From an uncultured Enterobacterales bacterium (lineage in GTDB: Bacteria; Myxococcota_A; UBA796; CAJQPC01): a stretch of 64,000 bases of DNA. The translations under genes were made by a program, and so were the position numbers. Location of the stretch: positions 55,481-119,480 of the forward strand of contig CAZRYF010000001.1 in assembly GCA_964604165.1 (NCBI GenBank), read 5' to 3'. The first letter of the stretch is position 1. Each line of letters begins with the position of its first letter. Below, in pieces: positions 34,894-44,666 of the stretch. Under the pieces are notes generated by a model. It made no database searches, was not told the DNA's origin, and saw only the letters and a list, made by a program, of their open reading frames with translations.

Positions 34894-36228
34894 ATGTTTC
34901 GCCGAATCCTGATAGCCAACAGGGGGGAGGTGGCTGCGCGGGTGCTCCGCACCTGCAAGGGGATGGGAATTGAGGTGGTGGCGGTGACCTCCTCTGTGGA
35001 TCGAGATCTCGCTTGGCTCAAGGGTGCGGACAAGGTGGTCTGCATCGGTGGACCGAAAGCCTACCTGGACGAAGACGCGATCTTGGACACAGCGGTTGCA
35101 GAAGGCGCCAGCGCGATCCACCCAGGGTGGGGGTTTCTCTCCGAGCGTCCCTCCTTTGCTGCCCGCTGCGAGGCCGTGGGCATTAGTTTTCTCGGCCCTT
35201 CCTCGGCGCTGCTTCGACGAATGGGTGACAAGGTGGAAGCCCGCCGGACCATGACCGAACTGGGGGTGGAAGTCATTCCTGGATCCGGGTTGTTGGGTGG
35301 GCTGGAAGAGGCCTGTGAAGTCGCCGCCGGAATTGGCTACCCGGTGTTGCTGAAGGCCGTCAGTGGCGGCGGCGGCCGGGGTATGCGCCGGGTAGATGCG
35401 CCCGAGGCGATGGAGGCGGCCTGGGGCGAGGCAGCTGGTGAGTCCCGGGCTAATTTTGGGGATGATCGGCTCTACATGGAGAAGCTCATCGAGCGGGGAC
35501 GTCACATTGAATTCCAGGTGCTTGGAGACCGAAAGGGAACGATCTGGCAGCTGGGGGAGCGAGAGTGCTCTCTGCAGCGTCGCCACCAGAAATTGGTGGA
35601 AGAGAGCCCCTCCTGTGCGGTGACGGACAGCGTGCGAGCCCAGGTTGGGGAGCGTCTTTCAGAGGCCCTGTCGGCCTTGGGCTACGTGGGTGCTGGAACG
35701 GTGGAAATGCTGCGCACCCGAGAGGGAGATCTCTACTTCATGGAGATGAACACCCGACTGCAGGTGGAGCACCCGGTCACGGAGCTTGTCTGTGGCCTGG
35801 ACCTGGTGGAGTGGCAGCTTCGGGTGGCTGCAGGCCAGTCGCTTCCGTCGTCGCGGCCAGAGCGATCGGGCCACTCCATTGAGGTCCGCATCAATGCAGA
35901 GGACCCAGCAAATGGATTCTCTCCATCTCCCGGAGTCCTCACCACCTGGGAGCTTCCAGCGGGGGCGGGGATCCGGGTGGACACGCACCTGGAATCCGGC
36001 GATCGGATCTCCCCGGACTATGACTCGCTCCTGTGCAAGCTCGTCGTGCATGGGGCGGATCGTCCTGAAGCGCTGGCTCGCATGGAGCTGGCCCTGGAGA
36101 GCCTGATCATTGAAGGGGTGTCCACCACCAAGACACTCCACCAACAGATCCTTGTGGATCCAGGCTTTCGTGCAGGCCAGTACGATACGGGTTCCGTGGA
36201 GGACCGAATTGTGGCGGAGGTGACTTAG
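34894..36228 (+). CDS. accC: Biotin carboxylase subunit of an acyl-CoA carboxylase
   Basis: MFRRILIANRGEVAARVLRTCK..., ATP-grasp motifs, 444 aa. Confidence 0.9.
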   Translation: MFRRILIANRGEVAARVLRTCKGMGIEVVAVTSSVDRDLAWLKGADKVVCIGGPKAYLDEDAILDTAVAEGASAIHPGWGFLSERPSFAARCEAVGISFLGPSSALLRRMGDKVEARRTMTELGVEVIPGSGLLGGLEEACEVAAGIGYPVLLKAVSGGGGRGMRRVDAPEAMEAAWGEAAGESRANFGDDRLYMEKLIERGRHIEFQVLGDRKGTIWQLGERECSLQRRHQKLVEESPSCAVTDSVRAQVGERLSEALSALGYVGAGTVEMLRTREGDLYFMEMNTRLQVEHPVTELVCGLDLVEWQLRVAAGQSLPSSRPERSGHSIEVRINAEDPANGFSPSPGVLTTWELPAGAGIRVDTHLESGDRISPDYDSLLCKLVVHGADRPEALARMELALESLIIEGVSTTKTLHQQILVDPGFRAGQYDTGSVEDRIVAEVT

Positions 36229-37962
36229 ATGGCGCGACTGTGGATGGAATCACTGGGCTCTCCTTTGGGGGAGGTGGTCGATGGCGAGGAAGAAGCGAGA
36301 AACCGCTCCGTCATGGAGGCGCTGGATGACGAGTTGATGGTCAAGAACGACGTTGTGCGTGCCGGCTGGGGCCAGAAGTACGTGGACCGCGTGCACGAAA
36401 AGGGAAAGCTCACCACTTGGGAGCGTCTGGAGGCTCTCTCGGATCCGGGAGAGGAGATTCGCTCCTTTGGGACTCTGGTCAACTGGGGTGTGGAGTTCTC
36501 TGGAAGCAAGCGAAAGGCGCCGGGGGCTGGCGTTGTCACAGCAATCGTGAGGGTGCACGGAAAGCTCGTGATTGCCATCGCCAATGACAATACGGTGGCC
36601 TCCGGAAGCTGGTGGCCAAAGACCCCTGAGAAGATCCAGCGGGCCCAGGAGGTGGCTCTCCGCTTGCGGTTGCCTGTGGTGTACCTGGTCGACTGTTCCG
36701 GTCTGTTTTTGCCTGAGCAGTCCAAGTCCTTTCCAGGTCGCTTTGGGGCCGGCGCGATCTTCCAGAAGAACGCGTTGTTGGCGGATGGCGGCGTTCCCCA
36801 GATCGCTGGCGTCTTTGGCGACTGTATTGCCGGCGGTGGGTACATGCCCATCATTTCTGACCGGGTCTACATGACCGAAGGTGCCTACATGGTCATCGCC
36901 GGGGCCGCACTGATTCAGGGGGCCAAGGCGCAGAAGCTGACCTCCCTGGACATCGGTGGGCCCGAGGTCCATGTTCACAAGTCTGGCTGCGCGGATGTGC
37001 GCGTGCCAGATGATGCCGCGGCTTTGGAGGCCATTCGGAGCGAGGTCGCTCGGTTGCCATCAACCGGCGCCGATTTCCACCGCCACGGGGTGGAGAGCGA
37101 GGCCCCCCGTTTTCCCGCCACGGATCTTTCCGCGTTGTTTCCAGCGGATCACCGCCACGTCTACGCCGTGCGGGAGGTCATCAGTCGCCTGGTGGATGGC
37201 TCTTTGTTCCACGAGGTCCTACCCCACACCGGACGGGAGGTGGTGGTGGGAGTGGCCCGCATAGGAGGTCTCTGGTGCGGCCTCGCTGCCAATGAGCTGG
37301 CCCCAATGCCCCACCCGGAGCGTCCGGAGGAGATGCGACCCGGGGGAATTCTCTACAAGCATGGTATCGCCAAGCTTGCGGCCTTCTCCCGGGCCTGCGA
37401 TGCGGATGGACTGCCCTTGATCTGGCTCCAGGACATCGCAGGGTTCGACATCGGCGTGGAGGCCGAGGCCCAGGGGCTTCTCGGGTATGGCTCCTCTCTC
37501 ATCTACTCCAACTCCACCAACCGGGCGCCGGTCTTTACGGTGCTTCTTCGAAAGGCCTCTGGTGCCGGGTACTACGCCATGCACGGTCTGCCCTACGCGC
37601 CGGTTCTGCAGCTCTCGACGCCCATTACCCGCCTGTCGGTGATGGAGGGCAGAACCCTCGCCATTGCCTCGTTCAATTCCCGCTTGGACGAAAACTTCGA
37701 GATCGCCACGGAGGATCCAGGAGAGCGCGCAGAAATCGAAGCGGGCATGGCAGCGGTGGCAGATCGAATCGAGGGAGACATGGACCCTGCGGGGGCGGCG
37801 GCACGGATGGACACGGACGAGGTTGTGCCTACGAAGGAATTGCGGTCCTGGCTGGAGGTGTGCGTGGAGGCTGCATGGCAGTCCACCTCCCACCGTCGAA
37901 CCAAGAACCCGCGCATCTGGTCCTTGCATGACCTGGAGATCCTTGCGGGAGGAGGCCAGTGA
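36229..37962 (+). CDS. Acyl-CoA carboxylase carboxyltransferase (fused beta/alpha, PccB/MccB-like)
   Basis: 577 aa. Carboxyltransferase motifs ([40 protein letters not shown]). The ATG follows the accC stop directly. Confidence 0.8.
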   Translation: MARLWMESLGSPLGEVVDGEEEARNRSVMEALDDELMVKNDVVRAGWGQKYVDRVHEKGKLTTWERLEALSDPGEEIRSFGTLVNWGVEFSGSKRKAPGAGVVTAIVRVHGKLVIAIANDNTVASGSWWPKTPEKIQRAQEVALRLRLPVVYLVDCSGLFLPEQSKSFPGRFGAGAIFQKNALLADGGVPQIAGVFGDCIAGGGYMPIISDRVYMTEGAYMVIAGAALIQGAKAQKLTSLDIGGPEVHVHKSGCADVRVPDDAAALEAIRSEVARLPSTGADFHRHGVESEAPRFPATDLSALFPADHRHVYAVREVISRLVDGSLFHEVLPHTGREVVVGVARIGGLWCGLAANELAPMPHPERPEEMRPGGILYKHGIAKLAAFSRACDADGLPLIWLQDIAGFDIGVEAEAQGLLGYGSSLIYSNSTNRAPVFTVLLRKASGAGYYAMHGLPYAPVLQLSTPITRLSVMEGRTLAIASFNSRLDENFEIATEDPGERAEIEAGMAAVADRIEGDMDPAGAAARMDTDEVVPTKELRSWLEVCVEAAWQSTSHRRTKNPRIWSLHDLEILAGGGQ

Positions 37963-38474
37963 ACTGCTTGCGCCAACAAGATGCGCTGGGGGCGCCCACT
38001 GTGGGCACCTGGCACCCGGCCTGTGGGGTCGGGGATGTCCTGGTGCCGGGGGCCGTCCTGGGTCGGGTGCGACGTGCTGGCAAGTGGGTGCCCCTGCGAG
38101 TTCCTCCCAATGGCAGCGGCCTGGTCACCGGGGTTTTTCCGGCCTGTTCCCGGGTGGAATGGGGCACGCCGGTGGTTTGCATAGGAGGGGAGGTAGCGGT
38201 ACAGACGGATGCTGTGGCAGAGCCTGCCCCTGACGGAGTGGAGGTGGTGCTTGCACCCATGGTGGGTACCCTCTACCTGCAAAACCGTCCCGGGGAACCC
38301 GCCTTTGCAACGGAAGGGTCCCTGGTGGAGCGGGCACAGACCCTGGCCCTGGTGGAGGTCATGAAGACGCTGTCACCCGTGAAGTCTCCCTGTGGAGGGC
38401 GCCTGCTGCGGTGGCTTGCTAAAGACGGAATGTCGGTGTCCCAGGGCGAGCCCCTCGCTTGGATCAAGGTATGA
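37959..38474 (+). CDS. Biotin carboxyl carrier protein-like, with a degenerate N-terminal biotinyl-like domain plus a biotinyl domain
   Basis: GTGA overlap with the upstream stop. C-terminal biotinyl-lysine context [11 protein letters not shown]. The N-terminal half resembles a lipoyl/biotinyl fold without the Lys. Confidence 0.7.
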   Translation: MNCLRQQDALGAPTVGTWHPACGVGDVLVPGAVLGRVRRAGKWVPLRVPPNGSGLVTGVFPACSRVEWGTPVVCIGGEVAVQTDAVAEPAPDGVEVVLAPMVGTLYLQNRPGEPAFATEGSLVERAQTLALVEVMKTLSPVKSPCGGRLLRWLAKDGMSVSQGEPLAWIKV

Positions 38475-39436
38475 TGGGGGCCATGAGAGTGCTGGGGTTG
38501 GTGCTGGTGGCTGCGGTTTTTGGCTTGGGCAGGGTCGAGGCAGCAGAGTGCGAGCGCCGCGCTCGCGTCGACGACTTCCTCGTCCAGTACCAGGAGACGA
38601 TCAGCGCCTTGCGAGGACAGGACGCCGAGGCGTTCCTCTTGTCTTCCGAGGGGCTCGCCGACCAGTTTCCCTGCCTGTCAGAGACCGTTCCGCCCCGCAT
38701 GCTGGCCTCGGCCTACCGCCTGTTGGGCGTCCGCCACTACCGAACAGGGGATACAAAAGCCGCCACGCGTTGGCTTCGCACTGCCAGGGAGCTGGATCCG
38801 GGGTTTGAGTGGGACATCGGCACACTCGGTGTGGATGCGCCAGAGAGGGCTCTTTATGCCCAGCAGCAGATGTTTGCGGGCCTCGACCCGGTGGGCGTTC
38901 CGGGCAAGTTGTTGGCCCGGCAACCAGGCACGCGGGTGCTGCTGGATGGGGAGGTTTTACAGGAGGCGGCCGCCACGCCAGACCGGTACCACTTGCTGCA
39001 GGTGGTAGACAACAGCGGCCCGGTTCGGAGTTCTCAGGTGATTGTCGGCAACGCCTTTCCCCCGGAATTCCTGAGGGTGCCCGCAGCCGAGGAGGCCGAT
39101 CGAATCGCGGGTCAGCTGGTAGCTGCCGCGGCTCCGACCCCTACCGCACAGTCCGCCGTCGAGAGGGTTCAGCGAGAACGACCGCCGCTCAAAACCCCGG
39201 TGTTGGCCCTTGGGGGTGCCGGCCTGGCGGGTGCAGCGGCACTCTACGGTTTGTCCTATGGGGCCAACCAGGACTTCATGACCGCCACGAAGACTACGCA
39301 ATTGGCGGCGGCGCGAGGGAGCGCAAATACGTATTTTTGGGCGTCCCTGGCCTGCGTCGCCGCGGGAACTGCCACTGCGAGCTGGGGGGTGTACATGTCC
39401 GACACAATGGGTTGGACCTACCAGGGGCGCTGGTAG
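38471..39436 (+). CDS. Secreted/membrane-anchored hypothetical protein (signal peptide, C-terminal TM)
   Basis: ATGA overlap with the BCCP stop. Signal peptide MRVLGLVLVAAVFGLG. C-terminal hydrophobic helix YFWASLACVAAGTATASWGVYM. Confidence 0.55.
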   Translation: MMGAMRVLGLVLVAAVFGLGRVEAAECERRARVDDFLVQYQETISALRGQDAEAFLLSSEGLADQFPCLSETVPPRMLASAYRLLGVRHYRTGDTKAATRWLRTARELDPGFEWDIGTLGVDAPERALYAQQQMFAGLDPVGVPGKLLARQPGTRVLLDGEVLQEAAATPDRYHLLQVVDNSGPVRSSQVIVGNAFPPEFLRVPAAEEADRIAGQLVAAAAPTPTAQSAVERVQRERPPLKTPVLALGGAGLAGAAALYGLSYGANQDFMTATKTTQLAAARGSANTYFWASLACVAAGTATASWGVYMSDTMGWTYQGRW

Positions 39437-39440
39437 ACGT

Positions 39441-40010
39441 TCAGGTGGACCTGGGCGACCAGAGCACCTCCGGCTCTCCGAGCATTCGCGTGGCCCAACG
39501 TCCCAGCACGAAGAGGAGGTCGGACAATCGGTTCAGGTAGATCAATCCGCCTGTAGGGGTCTGTGGCTCTGCCTCAAGCAAGTCCAGAAGGCGCCGCTCG
39601 CCTCGGCGGCAGACACAGCGTGCAAAGTGAAGGGAAGCGCCAATGGGTCCGCCTCCTGGCAGGATGAATTCCCGCAGGGGGTCCAGGTCTTCATTGAAGC
39701 TATCAATGGCCTCTTCCAGCGCCCGAACCTCGATCTCTCCGACACGAGGACCGTCGGGCCCCGGTTTTGGCGTGGCGAGGTCCGCGCCGAGCTCGAACAG
39801 TCCATGCTGAACCTCCTGCAGTGTTTGGGCCAGTCTTTCCACATTTCTTGCATCCCGGGCAGCGGTCAATACGAGTCCAATGGTGGCATTCAGCTCGTCG
39901 ACACAGCCGTAGGCTTCGATGCGGACATGGTTCTTTGAAACCCGGCTTCCATCCGCAAGCCCGGTGGTGCCCTGGTCTCCTGTTTTCGTATAGACCTTTG
40001 TGATGCGCAT
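39441..40010 (-). CDS. ATP:cob(I)alamin adenosyltransferase, PduO type
   Basis: MRITKVYTKTGDQGTTGL...RIEAYGCVDELN is the canonical PduO-type N-terminus. 189 aa. Confidence 0.85.
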   Translation of the reverse strand: MRITKVYTKTGDQGTTGLADGSRVSKNHVRIEAYGCVDELNATIGLVLTAARDARNVERLAQTLQEVQHGLFELGADLATPKPGPDGPRVGEIEVRALEEAIDSFNEDLDPLREFILPGGGPIGASLHFARCVCRRGERRLLDLLEAEPQTPTGGLIYLNRLSDLLFVLGRWATRMLGEPEVLWSPRST

Positions 40011-40086
40011 GACGGGGTTCCTCCCGCAAATCCCTATCTTGTTTCCCCTTGGCCGGGAGGTGTTAGGCTGGAGCCAGGGAGGGACC

Positions 40087-40836
40087 ATGGCACGAGCACA
40101 CGTCGAGGGTCTAAGGCGGTACGACGCCATGACGATTCAGGTGCTCGCAGGTGACCTGCTGCGGGTGCCACTTAGTGGGGTGGATCGAAGAAGCCTCTGT
40201 GATCTGGTGGCCCTGTCGGAGCGAACGGACTTGCCTGTTCAGCTGACCCGGGACCTCCAAAGGTACCGGGAACAGATGCTCCGGGAGTTCAATGACCTGC
40301 CCGATGGGGACAAGCTGGGACTCTTCCTGACTGAATTGGCTGAGGTGGACGCTGACCGGGTTCCAGCCAGCCTCCGAACGGGGGTTTTGGCCCGCAGTGA
40401 GGAGCACCTGCTACCTCGCACCATGGAGTTGTTCGAGGGGCTGGTCAGGCACTTTGACTCTCTGGAGCCCATGGATGCTGAGTCCACCGACAAGCCGGCA
40501 GTGCGGGTAGAGCAGGTGCAGGCGAAAAAGAAGCCCGTGGCCCGCACCGAGGCAAAGCGCAGCGCCCCGCGACGCCGTGATGAACCCCGTAAGCCAGCGA
40601 AGCCAAAGATCACCCCTGAGAGAGCCGAGTGGATTCGCATTGATGTCCTGGCGCGGCTGGCGGACTACCCGAACCAGGGCCTGAAGCAGGCCATGCTGGT
40701 GGCGGGTGCCCGACACCGATCGCCATGGAACGACCTCAAGGAGGCCGAGGTCGTGATTGTGCTCAAGAGCCTGGAGTCCGGAAACCGGGTCCGGAAGAAT
40801 GGCGGACGGTGGATTCGCGTCGCGAAGATTCGCTAA
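40087..40836 (+). CDS. Hypothetical protein with a central Lys/Arg/Pro-rich region
   Basis: ATG at 40087 preceded by GGGAGGGA. No recognised motif. Its stop overlaps the convergent stop of the PgsB-like gene. Confidence 0.5.
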   Translation: MARAHVEGLRRYDAMTIQVLAGDLLRVPLSGVDRRSLCDLVALSERTDLPVQLTRDLQRYREQMLREFNDLPDGDKLGLFLTELAEVDADRVPASLRTGVLARSEEHLLPRTMELFEGLVRHFDSLEPMDAESTDKPAVRVEQVQAKKKPVARTEAKRSAPRRRDEPRKPAKPKITPERAEWIRIDVLARLADYPNQGLKQAMLVAGARHRSPWNDLKEAEVVIVLKSLESGNRVRKNGGRWIRVAKIR

Positions 40837-43800
40837 AGGAGCGGGTCGTCTCTGAGGGGACCCTCCAGTGGCTCCACTGGCTCCAGCCCTCCCAGAACCT
40901 GGGCGGCCCGGCCCACGGAGATCCTGTGATCCGCGAGGTCCCTCCAGACTTGTTCCGCCTGCCGGCGTTGATGAATTGCCCACAGGGGCGCCAGCTGACC
41001 GGAGAGCCAGGAGATGGCTCGCGCAAAGCCGCTCATGGGAACCCGCCCCAGGGCCAGGGCGGCCTGCCGCTCCCCGATAGCTGCGTCCAGTTGGGCTACA
41101 GCGGTTCGACGCGGCTCGTGTAGGCCTTCCTCCAGATCCATGGACTGGACCAGGCTTCGGGCCTCCAGGAGGGCAGGCAGGCAGGCGGGCGGAGGATGAC
41201 ACAAGGCCTGGACCGCATCGGGAGCAGTCTGGGGATCGGCAAGCGACTCCAGAGTGGCCTGCAAGCTGGCTGCGTGCACCCAATCCCGGGCGAGTCCCAG
41301 ACCCGGTCCGCCGATGTTCTGGATGCCCATGGCGCGAACGTTGGATCCCGCCGGGCAAACCCTCGCCACGAGCCCCGTGATGCGATCTCCAAGAGGAGCG
41401 GCATCCTCCAGAAGGTGAATGTGGGAGAGGAAGATCTCCCGGCCGAGAATTCGCGCGGCCTCGTCCCGTTCCTTCACGTCGTCTGTTGCGCTGCTGAACC
41501 GTACCAACGCAGCAAACGCCATGGCCTCCGCTGCAATGTTGAGCCAGTCATTTGCCAGGTCGGTGGTCCCGTTCCTCCTATCCATCTCGTCGTGAAATGC
41601 GGTTCCCTGGGCGGTCCCTGCCAGGGCTTCCAGGCGAGGCAGCAACGGCTCCAGCAAGGCACGGGCATCAAGAAGCCCCAAAGGCTCGGTGGGGGGCTGC
41701 CCTACAGCCTGGTCCAGGGCCCGGGTGACGGACAGAGTCAACGGCCTGTCCAGTCCAAGCCGTGTGGCGGTGCTCCGAACCAAGGCTCCAGGTGCCACCA
41801 GGCACAGGCGGCTTCGAAGTTGGTTGAGGCGGCGCTGAACGCCTCGAGGCTCAGAACCCAAGGAGAAATCTGCCAGGGTTGCCCCCAGCTGGGCTTGAAT
41901 TTCCGCCAGCAAACCCCGCACGTTTGACCCCATGAGGATGTGCCGGTGGGCGGTGGCACGGTGCACCAGCAGCTCGGCGAACACCCGGGATCGCGCCACC
42001 CGATCCCGGCGATTGTTCACGACGGTGACCAGGAATTCATCGGGCTTGGACTGGGAGCCAAATTCGCTGAACCCCGCCCTCTTCCAGCTCGAGAGAAATC
42101 CCATTCGGTGGTTTGCGGACATGGCGTTTGTAAAGGAGACCCGACGTCCGAGGTGCCGGAATGGTCCCGCCGTGGCCAGGGATCCCAGGTCGGGCACCAC
42201 GTGGTCCGCCAGGAGAATCAAAGCCTCCTCGTCGTCCAGGCCAAGCTCACGCGCCATGGCCCGCACCAGGGCAAGGTTCTGGGGGTGCTCCCCGTAAGGA
42301 AAACGCTCCAAGAGATCCTTGGGCACGGCCTCGGTGGTCTCCACAGCTCGAAGGGGGGCCTCCTTCTTGTGGGCCGCCTCCCGGAGGAGGGGAAGCATTT
42401 CTTGTTCTGTGGTGAGGATCGGTGCGCCGGGAGGAATGAAACGACCGATCACCCGGGCCACATCCTCAGCACCGGGTCCCTGGACGTCCTCGTGATCCGG
42501 GTGGGCGTTGGTCAGGGTGGAGAGATCATCCCGGGTCCATTCTCGCTGGAGCTGGTCGACGTAGTCGCCGCGAAGCGCCATGCACTCCCATAGGAGAACC
42601 CGAGGTTGCAGTGCGGCCGCCCGTTTCAAAAAGGTGGGGTGCTCCCAGATGCTGGCCTTGCCCATGGGGCGCTCCCATCTCAAGACCTCCTGAATTCCGC
42701 CTCCTGGTGAGTACAACGCGGAGGCTTCCGTCCCCGTGGTACGGCAGATCACGGAGTAGCCAAGGCCCTGAAACAACGCGGCTTTCAAGCGCTCCGTGCT
42801 GGTCTTCCCGCGGGTCCCCCATCCCCCGATGACCAGGGGCAAGACCGCCCGGTCTCGGCGAATGACATGCTGGGCCCAGACAAGTCGTGAGAAATACAGA
42901 AAGGCCACCGCACCAGCGGCCACGGCGAGATCGCCGGGCGTGTTCCGGTGTGCACCCAACATCAATGCCAGCGGCGAGAGGAGGCCTCCAAAGTACTGCT
43001 CAATATGGGGAGTGGGCATGCCTGCGTCCCCGTGGGTCTCAAAATCCATGGTGAAGCCGAGTTCCGTCAATCCGGCGGCAAACCGTCCCCGCCCTTCGGG
43101 ATCCGTTGCTGACAAGGCGTTCATGCGGGCATCGGCAAGGGACTTCATGTGCCAGTTGATCGACCACTGGGCCTTGATTCGCGCGGAAGTGTTCCGTGGT
43201 GCGGAGAGGGTGGTGACACCCTGGGAGGTCACCAGCACAAGGGTGCCCCAATCAGCGGCCTCGATGCAGTCCTCGGGCATGGGGAGCCAAGGGGCCCAGC
43301 TCTCCAACCGTTCATCCCGGACTCTCTGGCCCGGGTGGGTTGGAGCGGCTCCACCTAGTCTTTCCGGCGGGACGCGAATCGGACCATGGGCTGCTCGACC
43401 CGTGAGATGATCGCCCAGGTGTCTCTTGTCCGGTGCGGGATTGCGGAATTCATGCAAGAGGCGCCAGAAACGGATCACCTGCTTCTCTCCACGGGTCACC
43501 CGGACCTTTCCCTTGGAGGCGGGGGCCAGGGTGTACCCGTGGCTGTGATCGGCGGAAAACACCAGTGCGCGGGCGAGGTCCATGGGGCTTCCGTCGGGCG
43601 GGAGCGCCACAATTCGACTCCGTCCCACCGGCAGGTTCGCCAGGACGTCCGAGAGCGCATCCATTTCCGGACTCGGAACGTGGCGGGTCCTGTGCAGAGG
43701 GTCCTCAAGTCGTGCCCGTGGATGTCCGTGCTCCCGGAGCAGCCTCCGTGCCCTGGCCCGTACGCTGGGTGCCGGATCAGTGCGGGAGAAGGAGCGCAGC

Positions 43801-44666
43801 AGGTCGGTGGCGGCGGGTGTTTGATCGGCCGCCATTCCGTCTAGAAGGGCGCATCTCACGGTCTCGGATTCATCGGCTTGTGCAGCTGGCACCACCCAGG
43901 CTCTCCATGAGGAGGGGCCGGCCAGTCCCGCCCGCACGGCCTGGGCTCGCAGCAAGAACTGGCTCTCACCGCCCGCGTCGCCTGTGAACACTCGCTGGAA
44001 CACCTCCTGCGCTTCGCTCTCCGCCAAGCTTTGAAGGACTCCCAGGCACCGCCGCGCCGTCAGAATGTCGTCATTTTGAATGTTCTCCACGAGTCGCGTG
44101 GTGCGAAGAGAGTCGGCGGTGACTTCTTCCTGTCCGCGAACCGCGTGGGAGACAAGCGTGGCAGCGGCTGCACGCCGGGTGGGCAGACGCGGGTCACCCA
44201 AAAGCAGGCTCAGGAACTGTACGCCTCGGGTCTCCAGGGGTGTTTCGGAGAGAAGTGCGGCCAGGATCTCCAGGTGCACCCCATGTCGATCGATTCCCAG
44301 GTGCAGTCTTTCCAGTACGGCCGACGGATCCAGCCATCTCTTCATGGCCCTCAGATCTCCCCACAACGCTCGGCCTCGACGGGTGCGCCGCAGGTGGTGT
44401 TCCAGGGTGCGCTGGCGGGAGCGCTCGTTGTCGGCCATGAGAAAGGCGTCGGACAGCTGGTCCCGCTGGTTGATGTCCAGATCCCTTGCACGCAAGATGT
44501 CCATTCCCAAGCGTGCGACCGTTTCGCTCTTGCTGTTGTCCAGCAGCTGTCCCAGGTAGTCCACCGCCGGGCCACGAAGGCGTACCAACAGGGCAGGCAG
44601 TTGTTCTGCAAGGTCCAGCCCGTTGGGGGTGGTGGGTCCTCCCCCGGTTGGAATGGCGTGGTTCAT
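40833..44666 (-). CDS. Giant PgsB/CapB-like Mur-ligase-family amide ligase: about 580-aa N-terminal helical-repeat extension, one TM segment, and a C-terminal extension
   Basis: Start MNHAIP at 44666 (ATGA overlap). aa 605-925 line up block by block with B. subtilis PgsB as I remember it. The blocks are the P-loop GTRGKTS (42798-42818), TTGTEA, ECMAL..DY, NAHPDHEDVQGP, FTNAMSAN and VVNNRRDRV. Confidence 0.75.
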   Translation of the reverse strand: MNHAIPTGGGPTTPNGLDLAEQLPALLVRLRGPAVDYLGQLLDNSKSETVARLGMDILRARDLDINQRDQLSDAFLMADNERSRQRTLEHHLRRTRRGRALWGDLRAMKRWLDPSAVLERLHLGIDRHGVHLEILAALLSETPLETRGVQFLSLLLGDPRLPTRRAAAATLVSHAVRGQEEVTADSLRTTRLVENIQNDDILTARRCLGVLQSLAESEAQEVFQRVFTGDAGGESQFLLRAQAVRAGLAGPSSWRAWVVPAAQADESETVRCALLDGMAADQTPAATDLLRSFSRTDPAPSVRARARRLLREHGHPRARLEDPLHRTRHVPSPEMDALSDVLANLPVGRSRIVALPPDGSPMDLARALVFSADHSHGYTLAPASKGKVRVTRGEKQVIRFWRLLHEFRNPAPDKRHLGDHLTGRAAHGPIRVPPERLGGAAPTHPGQRVRDERLESWAPWLPMPEDCIEAADWGTLVLVTSQGVTTLSAPRNTSARIKAQWSINWHMKSLADARMNALSATDPEGRGRFAAGLTELGFTMDFETHGDAGMPTPHIEQYFGGLLSPLALMLGAHRNTPGDLAVAAGAVAFLYFSRLVWAQHVIRRDRAVLPLVIGGWGTRGKTSTERLKAALFQGLGYSVICRTTGTEASALYSPGGGIQEVLRWERPMGKASIWEHPTFLKRAAALQPRVLLWECMALRGDYVDQLQREWTRDDLSTLTNAHPDHEDVQGPGAEDVARVIGRFIPPGAPILTTEQEMLPLLREAAHKKEAPLRAVETTEAVPKDLLERFPYGEHPQNLALVRAMARELGLDDEEALILLADHVVPDLGSLATAGPFRHLGRRVSFTNAMSANHRMGFLSSWKRAGFSEFGSQSKPDEFLVTVVNNRRDRVARSRVFAELLVHRATAHRHILMGSNVRGLLAEIQAQLGATLADFSLGSEPRGVQRRLNQLRSRLCLVAPGALVRSTATRLGLDRPLTLSVTRALDQAVGQPPTEPLGLLDARALLEPLLPRLEALAGTAQGTAFHDEMDRRNGTTDLANDWLNIAAEAMAFAALVRFSSATDDVKERDEAARILGREIFLSHIHLLEDAAPLGDRITGLVARVCPAGSNVRAMGIQNIGGPGLGLARDWVHAASLQATLESLADPQTAPDAVQALCHPPPACLPALLEARSLVQSMDLEEGLHEPRRTAVAQLDAAIGERQAALALGRVPMSGFARAISWLSGQLAPLWAIHQRRQAEQVWRDLADHRISVGRAAQVLGGLEPVEPLEGPLRDDPLL

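Noticed and set aside
34297-35586. 429-aa minus-strand ORF opposite yqeY and accC.
   Set aside because: Antisense shadow of two highly conserved genes.
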